From the NCBI GenBank assembly GCA_946566415.1, contig CAMNWW010000001.1:1-46300 (forward strand): a DNA stretch of 46,300 bases, read 5' to 3'. The notes beneath the pieces are model-generated. The model was not told the origin of the DNA and ran no database searches. It saw only the letters and a list, made by a program, of their open reading frames with translations. The position numbers and the translations under genes are program-made. Of this stretch, positions 9,598 to 17,649 are shown one piece after another. How positions within the stretch are numbered: position 1 is the first letter of the stretch; every line of letters starts with the position of its first letter. The DNA comes from an uncultured Lachnospiraceae bacterium. GTDB lineage: Bacteria; Bacillota; Clostridia; Lachnospirales; Lachnospiraceae.

Positions 9598-10065
9598 ATG
9601 CCACAAATGGGACAAGTTGATTTTTTGGAAACTTTACAGAGAATGTACAAAGATTCAAGAATTTTATTCAAAAATGGGGAATACTATAATTGTTGTTATT
9701 TGTGTGGATATATTTTAGAATGCGCATTAAAATATATTTTACAAAGATATGGGAAGAAGCAAGATGGGCAGTCATATTCTGTGAGTGATCTGAAAATATT
9801 GGCACATAATACGGCCAAATTGAATCAGGAGTTGGACGACTGGATCTCTATGACAGGAAGTGTCTCATCAGCATATCGGTTGGACTGCAGAGTAAAATGT
9901 CCATATATTTTTCTTGGGAAGGAAGGGCAGCCACATTGGAGTCCGGCTTATCGGTACGGGGATCATGCGAAATGGTTTGATAAAGAATACTGTGAGAAAT
10001 ATATGGAAGAAAGTAAGTATGTCTTTCAATTTGTAGCCAATATTGTTACCGGAGGTGTCATATGA
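9598..10065 (+). CDS. HEPN-like domain protein
   Basis: Helical; YLCGYILECALK, H-x-x-x-x-L (AHNTAKL) and W-x4-RY (WSPAYRY) match the HEPN family pattern; stop overlaps next ATG (ATGA). Confidence 0.65.
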   Translation: MPQMGQVDFLETLQRMYKDSRILFKNGEYYNCCYLCGYILECALKYILQRYGKKQDGQSYSVSDLKILAHNTAKLNQELDDWISMTGSVSSAYRLDCRVKCPYIFLGKEGQPHWSPAYRYGDHAKWFDKEYCEKYMEESKYVFQFVANIVTGGVI

Positions 10066-12755
10066 TACATAATAATGAGGTGCTAAGCAGGGCCATTGAA
10101 GCGGCGGCTGGATTTGTAGATCAATATGATAATGTGGAAGTTTATATCGTACAGAATGTATATGGGAAGATTATTGTGTATGTCGGTACGGATCAGGAAA
10201 ATCTTGTAGTTGAGTTGGAAAAGAAAATGAGGGAAGTAATTGAACTCTGGCTGACTACGTGTGAGCTATACGAAAATAATCTTTTTGCAAAGATGGAAAT
10301 TGACTTGTGGAAACAGGAAACAGATCCTATGCGAAAAGGTGTTTGGGTGTTTGAAAAGTATATTACGAATATGTACTGGGATGCGAAAAGAAAAAAGAAA
10401 GCAAGATGCGCATTGAAGAGTAAATTAGTAAGCTTTTACTCTTTTAAAGGCGGAGTTGGAAGGACGACGACGATGATGCTGTCCGCGGTCGGGGCGGCAA
10501 GGCGGGGAAAGAAAGTCGTTGTAGTGGATTTTGATTTAGAAGCGCCTGGGGTCTCCAGCCTTTTTCCGGAAGGGATATTGTCCCAGTATGGACTGCTGGA
10601 TTTTTTTGTGGAAAGTAATGTGTACCCGGGAAATATAAATATTGACGAATATTTGTATCCGGTGAGCGAGTACTGCCATGTAAACCAATACGGCGGGGAG
10701 ATATATATTTTACCTGCGGTAGGAATGGCGGCAAGGAATGATGCGGATTTGTATCGAAAAAACCTGATGCGGTTTGATATGGATGTTCCCGCATATGATG
10801 AAGAAAAAACACCTATTGACATACTATTGACGAAAATAGATTCATTTTTGACGCCAGACTACATTTTCATAGATACAAGATCCGGTATTCACCAGATCGG
10901 CGGAATTACATTAACAAGGTATTCAGACCTTGCATTAATGTTTTTTTATGGCAGTAGCCAAAACTTAGAAGGAATGAGAATGACACTTCCGGTTTTAAAG
11001 AGCAGTGATACGCCATTTTTATTAGTGAACAGCAAAGTTCCGGTTAATGAATCATTAGCCCAGATAGAAAAAAAAATATATATTGAAGGCGCGTATAATG
11101 CTTTAAGTATGTGTGACATAGAGTATCAGCATAATGAGATTCTTTTGGAAGATGAAACGGCAGAGCACTATCCGGTTCATATTACGTACAATGCAGGGTT
11201 AGAGGTTGTTGCATCAGTAGAGCAGCTCTTAAAAGGATATAAAGAGCAGGAAACAGAGTATAATGGAATTGTAAGCATAATTGAAGATACTCTGCAAAAT
11301 GACACTGCGGATGCTGCAACAGAAGAGGATAGTATTCAAACTCAGGAGATTGTAGAAGCATTTTCTAATATTATGGGAAAGCTGGAGACAGCTGCTGCTG
11401 AGGACGAATTTACAACGGAAATAGATCTGAGAAATAATTTTTATCCGTTAAAAGGTTATACCTTTATTTTTGATCAAAGAAAGTTTTTGGTTCTTGGACA
11501 GAAAGGAGTAGGGAAAACAGCTCTGTTCAGCGCTTTAAAGAATAATGAATATGCGAAAGCTTTGGCAAAGTATTTGAATGTGGGTACAGAACAATATGAG
11601 CATACAGAATGGATTGTTGGAACTTCGCAGGCATCAAATTATATTGATATTTTTAGCTGCCTGAACAGTGCGGAACAAATACGCGGCTTTTTGTATTATG
11701 AAACACTGAGAATTTTACTGGAAAACGATCCCGGCCTACAAAGCATTGTTTGCGGGAGTGATGCTGGGAGTATGTTTCGCGGGAAGTTTGATGTTGAAAA
11801 ATGCAGTCTTCTGTCAGGAGAAATGGCATACGAATTAAAAAAAATATTAGAAGAGGTAAATAAGGAATACGAAAAAAAGAACGTTGTGATTACCATCATA
11901 TACGACGCATTGGACCGAATTGTGGCGCCGGAAGACCGTAGGAAATTTGTCAGCGCGTTAATCGAGATGTGGTATATGAATGAGAGCACGATGCAAAATG
12001 TGCGGAGTAAAATTTTTCTGCGAAAGGATATTTATGATAGAGAGGTGAATGTGCCTGACAAGGTTAAATTGAAAAATTATTCTGTTACGCTTGCATGGGA
12101 TTATGATCAGTTATTTGCCATGATATGGAAACGTGCCATCAGCATTTCAAATCCTGTAAAAAAATTATACGAAAAAATAGTGTCGAAACAAATTAGTGAA
12201 GTATCCGGATTAGGGTATATTCCCGCAGTGAGCGCGGAAGAAAACAGGAGAATGCTGTCGGCGCTTATAGGTGTAAAAATGGGGAGCGGCAATAAGGCGT
12301 CGACATATAATTGGTTTAAAAACAGGCTGTCTGATACACAAGGAATAATTGTGCCAAGAAGTATGATTGACATTTTTGCTAAGGCGGCAGAGGAAGAGTC
12401 GCAAAGTGACGGGAAACAGCCAATTACAAAAAGTATAATACGTCCGCGATGTTTTGAGGATGTGCTTCCAGAGGTATCAGAAAAGAGAGTGATTGATTTG
12501 AAAGAGGAATTTCAAGAATACGCTCTATTTTTTGATAGTTTGAAGGATACAGTTCAAAGATCGCCAGTCGAGGAAAAAATACTTCAGGAAGCCTTGCGGC
12601 GGTGTGGATTTGAGAACCCACAGGAAGAAATATTTAATTTGGTTAATATCGGGATATTGAAACAATATCCACGAAAAATATCAGATCCGATACGTTACCA
12701 TTTCCCTGATATTTATTTGCGGGGGTTAGGCTTGCAAAGAGCAGGTATGCGGTAA
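10062..12755 (+). CDS. Dual NTPase: ParA/MinD-type (KGGVGR variant) domain fused to a second P-loop ATPase and a probable C-terminal winged helix
   Basis: SFYSFKGGVGRTT (aa ~129), VVDFDLEAPG, YIFIDTRSG; second Walker A GQKGVGKT (aa ~479), Walker B IIYDALDR, KIFLRKDI, PRSMID. Confidence 0.85.
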   Translation: MIHNNEVLSRAIEAAAGFVDQYDNVEVYIVQNVYGKIIVYVGTDQENLVVELEKKMREVIELWLTTCELYENNLFAKMEIDLWKQETDPMRKGVWVFEKYITNMYWDAKRKKKARCALKSKLVSFYSFKGGVGRTTTMMLSAVGAARRGKKVVVVDFDLEAPGVSSLFPEGILSQYGLLDFFVESNVYPGNINIDEYLYPVSEYCHVNQYGGEIYILPAVGMAARNDADLYRKNLMRFDMDVPAYDEEKTPIDILLTKIDSFLTPDYIFIDTRSGIHQIGGITLTRYSDLALMFFYGSSQNLEGMRMTLPVLKSSDTPFLLVNSKVPVNESLAQIEKKIYIEGAYNALSMCDIEYQHNEILLEDETAEHYPVHITYNAGLEVVASVEQLLKGYKEQETEYNGIVSIIEDTLQNDTADAATEEDSIQTQEIVEAFSNIMGKLETAAAEDEFTTEIDLRNNFYPLKGYTFIFDQRKFLVLGQKGVGKTALFSALKNNEYAKALAKYLNVGTEQYEHTEWIVGTSQASNYIDIFSCLNSAEQIRGFLYYETLRILLENDPGLQSIVCGSDAGSMFRGKFDVEKCSLLSGEMAYELKKILEEVNKEYEKKNVVITIIYDALDRIVAPEDRRKFVSALIEMWYMNESTMQNVRSKIFLRKDIYDREVNVPDKVKLKNYSVTLAWDYDQLFAMIWKRAISISNPVKKLYEKIVSKQISEVSGLGYIPAVSAEENRRMLSALIGVKMGSGNKASTYNWFKNRLSDTQGIIVPRSMIDIFAKAAEEESQSDGKQPITKSIIRPRCFEDVLPEVSEKRVIDLKEEFQEYALFFDSLKDTVQRSPVEEKILQEALRRCGFENPQEEIFNLVNIGILKQYPRKISDPIRYHFPDIYLRGLGLQRAGMR

Positions 12756-12768
12756 AACAGAGCAGAAC

Positions 12769-12826
12769 AAAAAAATCCCCTCCGGAAATCCATTGCTGTA
12801 AAGCATGAATCACGGAGGGGGTTCTT
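12769..12826. terminator. Bidirectional terminator between convergent genes
   Basis: AAAAAAATCCCCTCCG...CGGAGGGGGTTCTTT long hairpin. Confidence 0.7.
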
Positions 12827-13335
12827 TATTTCTTTTTATTTTTCTTCGTGTCTTTATCGGTTTCCTTTATCTCTTTCAGCTCTTTATCGGCTTTATCACG
12901 AAGCTTTGCAAAGAAGCCTTTCTTTTTCTTCGGTGTTTCCAAGGGACCTCTTACACCCCTGACTGCCGTTATGTAAATGCCGCTTACAGTAGCCTTGACT
13001 TCTTTTTTGACGGGAATCAGGTCATAAACCCGATCGTCGCACATTAAGGTCATAATCCTTGGACCGACCTTTGCCTTCACAATCGGCACCTTGGACCGGC
13101 GCAGGTACTTCGGAGTCTGTTCCATGACGACGGCGGGCAGATTCGCGTCTCTTAGGCGCATCCTGGCTTTATCGATTATCAACATGGACATCTGCTGCGC
13201 AGAAGCTGCGATCATTTCTTCTTGTTCTTCCTGCTTTTTCTGCATCTTTTTTCCCAGAAAATAGAGGGCGACAATGACAATGATTAAAACGACTAAAATT
13301 ACTAATAAAACAATAGTTACTGTATTCACAGGCAA
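12826..13335 (-). CDS. Conserved hypothetical single-pass membrane protein with basic C-terminus
   Basis: N-terminal hydrophobic helix, Lys-rich tail, GAGGAGG RBS before GTG. Confidence 0.8.
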   Translation of the reverse strand: MPVNTVTIVLLVILVVLIIVIVALYFLGKKMQKKQEEQEEMIAASAQQMSMLIIDKARMRLRDANLPAVVMEQTPKYLRRSKVPIVKAKVGPRIMTLMCDDRVYDLIPVKKEVKATVSGIYITAVRGVRGPLETPKKKKGFFAKLRDKADKELKEIKETDKDTKKNKKK

Positions 13336-13472
13336 TCCTCCTCAAAACGTAATTCTTCATCCCACTAAGATATTGTAACATCCTTTGTGGACAAGCGCAA
13401 GAGATTTACTGTTTTCAATTTCAGAGTTATGTGGTATACTGTTCATTACGGAAAACTTCGGAGGTATAAATT

Positions 13473-14543
13473 ATGAAAATGAAAAAGGCAATGCTGGCGG
13501 CAGGGATCTTAGCAGCAGTATTTTTTCTTACCGGTTGTTCGGGGGAGCTTTCAAATGATTATGTGACGATCAGCCAGTATAAAGATATGGAAATAGAGAA
13601 GGAAGAGCCAAAAGCGGTGACGGACGACCAGGTCGAGGTATATATCCAGAGCGTACAGGAGTCCAAAGCGGAGACGAAGGAGATCACAGACCGAGCGGCC
13701 GAGCTTGGGGATACGGCAGTGATCGACTATGAGGGAAAGCGGGACGGAGTAGCGTTTGAGGGAGGTACAGATACGAACTATCCGCTTGGACTGGGGAGCG
13801 GCGCATTTATCCCTGGTTTTGAGGAAGCGATCGTAGGACATAATATCGGGGAGACCTTTGACATACCCCTGACGTTCCCGGAACCATACGACAACAATCC
13901 GGATCTTGCCGGGCAGGAAGTTGTATTTACAGTAACCCTGCATTCTCTGGCCCGCAGGGAGGTTCCGGAACTGGACGACGCATTTGTAAAGAGTGTTTCC
14001 GAGACATCCAAAACGGTGGAGGAATATAAAAAAGAAATCCGCGCTTCTCTTGAGGAGGAGGTCCAGAAAGAGGCGGATAACGCTTTTGAAGAGAGCGCGT
14101 GGAATGCAGTACTCGAGAATACGGTGGTAAACCGCTATCCCAGAGAAGAACTGCAGAAAATAGCGGCGAAGATCAGGGAAGATTATGAAGGCATAGCACA
14201 GAGCTACGAAATGGATTTTGAGGATTTCCTGGAGGCTGCTATGCAGATGGATGAAGACACGTTCCAGGCAGAGGCGTCCAAGGAAGCGAAGAGGCGGGTG
14301 AAGGAGGCTCAGATCATCAGCCTGATCGCGGAAAAAGAGGATGTCGACCTATCGGACGAGGCGAAAGAGCCGATGTATGAACTGCTGGCAGAGGAAAGGG
14401 AATTCGACAGCGCTGAGTCGCTCAAAAAGGCTATTAAAGAGGCCGGAGCAGAGGAGGATTTTGACCAGGAAGTAGAGTTTATGCTGATGAAGAAATGGGT
14501 GGCGGCGCATTGTAAACCCGTAGAAAAGACCGCACAAGAATAG
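13473..14543 (+). CDS. Trigger-factor-like FKBP PPIase lipoprotein (no ribosome-binding domain)
   Basis: Signal peptide with lipobox LTGC; FKBP motifs IDYEGKRDGVAFEGG, LGSGAFIPGFEE; trigger factor C-domain follows. Confidence 0.85.
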   Translation: MKMKKAMLAAGILAAVFFLTGCSGELSNDYVTISQYKDMEIEKEEPKAVTDDQVEVYIQSVQESKAETKEITDRAAELGDTAVIDYEGKRDGVAFEGGTDTNYPLGLGSGAFIPGFEEAIVGHNIGETFDIPLTFPEPYDNNPDLAGQEVVFTVTLHSLARREVPELDDAFVKSVSETSKTVEEYKKEIRASLEEEVQKEADNAFEESAWNAVLENTVVNRYPREELQKIAAKIREDYEGIAQSYEMDFEDFLEAAMQMDEDTFQAEASKEAKRRVKEAQIISLIAEKEDVDLSDEAKEPMYELLAEEREFDSAESLKKAIKEAGAEEDFDQEVEFMLMKKWVAAHCKPVEKTAQE

Positions 14544-14576
14544 AGTCGGCCGTACTTGGCAGAGAATACTAAGAAA

Positions 14577-14606
14577 AGGAGGTCTGACCTTAGCGGCAGA
14601 CCTCCT
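14577..14606. terminator. GC-rich hairpin, probable terminator (best U-tract on minus strand)
   Basis: AGGAGGTCTG-10 nt-CAGACCTCCT. Confidence 0.6.
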
Positions 14607-14815
14607 GATTTCTTAGGTGTAAATATAACACAAATATATTTGCCTCCCCATAAAATGAGGAGAACCGATGTCCAGTTTCCTGAACATCGGCATTTATGAA
14701 AAAGAAAAATATATGTGAAAAAGTTATCGTCCTTGAATGATATTAGTATAAAAAGAAAATATGATAAAAGTGTGATGAGATTTTAAAAGAATTGTGAATA
14801 GAACATGAATTTTTA

Positions 14816-14903
14816 ATCTGTACGGCTGCGATTCACGGTAGGCGTCAGGTTTTGCGAATTTTGTGGGGCAGCCGTGAATCGCATTTCTATCTGTACGGCT
14901 GCG
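14816..14903. repeat. 15-bp direct repeat pair enclosing a 12-bp inverted repeat upstream of niaR
   Basis: ATCTGTACGGCTGCG at 14816-14830 and 14889-14903; TGCGATTCACGG (14827-14838) / CCGTGAATCGCA (14872-14883). Confidence 0.75.
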
Positions 14904-14938
14904 GATTTCGTAAAGGTGCGAAAAGGAGGTATTGGAAG

Positions 14939-15454
14939 ATGAGCGGCGGCGTAAAGCGGAGGGAAGAAATGCTCTCCATGATAAAAAGGAGCAAAAAGCC
15001 GGTTCCCGGTAAAGAACTGGCAGAGATGTTCGGAGTGAGCAGACAGGTTATCGTGCAGGATATTGCGCTCATAAGGGCCTCGGGGCATGAGGTTTTTTCC
15101 ACTAACCGAGGATATCTCCTAAATGAACCGCATACGGTGAGCCGTGTTTTCAAAGTCAGCCATACAGAGGATGAACTGGAGGACGAGCTGTGCTCGATCG
15201 TAGATCTGGGCGGAGAGGTTGTAAATGTCATGGTGAACCACCGGGTATATGGACGGATGGAAGCGCCCCTTCATATCACTTCCCGCAGGAAGGCGGCGGA
15301 ATTTATAGAAGATATCCGCAGTGGCAAGTCCAGCCCGCTTATGAATATTACCTCCCATTATCATTACCATACAGTGGAGGCAGACTGTGAGGACACGCTC
15401 AATATTATAGAGGAAATGCTGCGCAGAAAGAAATATTTGGTCGAAAGCCGGTAA
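14939..15454 (+). CDS. niaR: NiaR/YrxA-type HTH-3H domain transcriptional repressor
   Basis: FGVSRQVIVQDIALIRA HTH; 3H domain (HTEDE, HRVYG, HYHYH); ATG 14939 after AGGAGGT. Confidence 0.85.
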   Translation: MSGGVKRREEMLSMIKRSKKPVPGKELAEMFGVSRQVIVQDIALIRASGHEVFSTNRGYLLNEPHTVSRVFKVSHTEDELEDELCSIVDLGGEVVNVMVNHRVYGRMEAPLHITSRRKAAEFIEDIRSGKSSPLMNITSHYHYHTVEADCEDTLNIIEEMLRRKKYLVESR

Positions 15455-15545
15455 AAACCGAATTTAAGAGAGTTTTGCGGCATAGAGGTTTGTACAAAAG
15501 ATGAATATATTTCATTTTATAAATGAAAAGAGTTCACGCTTTCAC

Positions 15546-15573
15546 TTTACATCGGCGAACTTTGTACTATAAT
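15546..15573 (+). promoter_or_regulatory. Promoter of oxidoreductase operon
   Basis: TTTACA-16 nt-TATAAT. Confidence 0.6.
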
Positions 15574-15683
15574 GAGTACAGTACTTAGCGAGGTATTGCA
15601 CGAGCAATAGTACGAATTACCCCGTCCTGCGGGGTAGAGAATGCGAAAAGCAGTGGAACGATAGAGTGAAGGAGAGGAAAGCA

Positions 15684-16289
15684 ATGGGAAGAGAACTTGA
15701 GGTTAGATGGCATGGAAGAGGCGGACAGGGCGCAAAGACAGCGGCGCTTTTACTGGCGGACGTAGCGTTTAAGACAGGAAAACACGTACAGGGGTTTCCG
15801 GAGTACGGACCGGAACGTATGGGGGCGCCGATCACCGCTTATAACCGGATCAGCGACGAGACGATCCGGGTTCATTCCAACATTTATACACCGGATCTGG
15901 TCGTAGTAGTGGATGAGACGCTGCTCCATTCTGTAGATGTTACGGCGGGACTTAAGGCGGATGGCGCAGTCATTATCAATACCCCGAAAACCAGAGAAGA
16001 GATACTTCCGCTGCTGAATGGATATATGGGAAATGTCTATGTGGTGGACGCCAGAATGATTTCCGAGGAGACACTTGGAAAATATTTTCCGAATTCTCCG
16101 ATGCTTGCGGCGGCAGTGGCTGTCAGCGGCGTGATGGACAGGGAGACGTTTATTTCTAATATGCGTGCGTCCTATGAGCACAAATTTGCGAAAAAGCCGG
16201 AAGTGATCGAAGGAAATATGAAAGCGTTGGAAAAGACTTTTGATATGTTGGAGGATGCGCTTGCTGAAAGTGAGAGAAAGAGCGCATAA
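15684..16289 (+). CDS. porG: Pyruvate/2-oxoacid:ferredoxin oxidoreductase gamma subunit
   Basis: RWHGRGGQGAKTA, FPEYGPERMGAP. Confidence 0.9.
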   Translation: MGRELEVRWHGRGGQGAKTAALLLADVAFKTGKHVQGFPEYGPERMGAPITAYNRISDETIRVHSNIYTPDLVVVVDETLLHSVDVTAGLKADGAVIINTPKTREEILPLLNGYMGNVYVVDARMISEETLGKYFPNSPMLAAAVAVSGVMDRETFISNMRASYEHKFAKKPEVIEGNMKALEKTFDMLEDALAESERKSA

Positions 16290-16328
16290 CGATAGCGCAT
16301 GGACGAACAGGAGGTAAAAGATCGGCAA

Positions 16329-16525
16329 ATGAGAACGGATGTAAAAAAATAAACGAACACAGTCCACATCAGGAATTGACGGAAGGACTGATGATGTTCG
16401 CAGGCGGAACTTCAAAATATTTTGAGACCGGAGAATGGAGGACCAGCACTCCGGTTTTTCATGCAGACCTGTGCAGACAATGTTTGCTGTGTGCTCCCGT
16501 ATGCCCGGATTCTAGTATACCGGTA
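16329..16525 (+). pseudogene. porD: Oxidoreductase delta subunit (4Fe-4S), frameshifted and 3'-truncated
   Basis: RBS CAGGAGGT, ATG 16329, stop after an A7 run at 16350; shifted frame gives TGEWRTSTPVF...CRQCLLCAPVCPD; second CxxCxxCxxxCP motif absent. Confidence 0.8.
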
Positions 16526-17639
16526 TGTGATGCCTGCTTTCCCGATCACGCCGTCCACGGAGATCCCGCAGATGGTTTCTAACTATATTGCGAACGGGGA
16601 AATCAATACAGAATTTATACCGGTGGAGAGCGAGCATTCTTCCATGAGCGCGGCGATTGGGGCGGAAGCGGCGGGAGCAAGGAGCCTTACCGCGACTTCA
16701 TCTGCGGGGCTTGCTCTTATGTGGGAAGAATTGCTGCTCGCGGCGTCCAACCGTATGCCCCTTGTGCTTGCTCTGGTGAACCGGACATTATCCGGCCCGA
16801 TCAATATCAACTGCGACCATTCGGACAGCATGGGCGCGCGGGATACCGGCTGGATCCAGATTTATGCCGAAAATAACCAAGAGGCATATGATAACTTTAT
16901 TCAGGCATATCCGATTGCTGAAAATCCGGCGGTACATCTCCCGGTCATGATCTGCCAGGATGGATTTATCACCAGCCACGCGGTAGAAAATATCGAGCTG
17001 TTAGAGGATAAAGAAGTGAAGGATTTTGTCGGCGAGTACGAGCCCAAGGAATATCTTCTGAATCCGGGGAAACCGATCGCGGTGGGACCTTATTCGGCGA
17101 CCCACTATGCGATGGAGGCGAAGAAGAATCAGGAGATCGCCCTGGAAAATGCAAAAGACGTCATTCTAAAGGCGGCGGAGGATTTCGCAAGGCTTTCAGG
17201 GAGAAAATACGGGTTGTTCGAGGAGTACCGAATGGAGGACGCGGACTATGCGATGCTCATCATCGGTTCGGCGGCGGGAACCGCAAAACAGGCGGTGGAT
17301 GAGCTTCGGGGCAAAGGTATGAAAGCGGGGCTTATTAAGCTCAGGGTATTCCGTCCGTTTCCGGCTAAGGAACTTGCCGAAGCTTTAAGATCAGTAAAAG
17401 CATTGGCGATTATGGACCGCTGCGAGAGCTATAATGGAAACGGCGGGCCTCTGGGGAGCGAAGTGACGGCGGGTCTATACCGGAATAAAGTGATGATCGA
17501 GACGGTAAACTATATCTATGGGCTGGCAGGGCGCGACTTTACGGTAGAAGACGCCTGCGGTGTATTTGCTCAGCTGGAGGATGCCGCCTTAAACGGAAAA
17601 GAGATTGAACAATACCAGTACATAGGACTGCGGAAATAG
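16524..17639 (+). pseudogene. porA: Oxidoreductase alpha subunit lacking its N-terminus, RBS and start
   Basis: Homology starts abruptly at VMPAFPITPSTEI directly after porD sequence; VESEHSSMS, TATSSAGL intact downstream. Confidence 0.78.
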
Positions 17640-17649
17640 GAGGCGTACA

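Noticed and set aside
10062-11300. Chromosome/plasmid partitioning ParA or MinD
   Set aside because: Fused to a second ATPase, K-to-R Walker A change, no parB or minCE neighbours
14852-14938. N-terminal extension of niaR from TTG 14852
   Set aside because: Runs through the repeat element; strong RBS AGGAGGT supports ATG 14939
16422-16523. ORF track N-terminus of porA (MRPENGGPALRFF...)
   Set aside because: Off-frame reading of porD sequence with no RBS; created by the deletion junction
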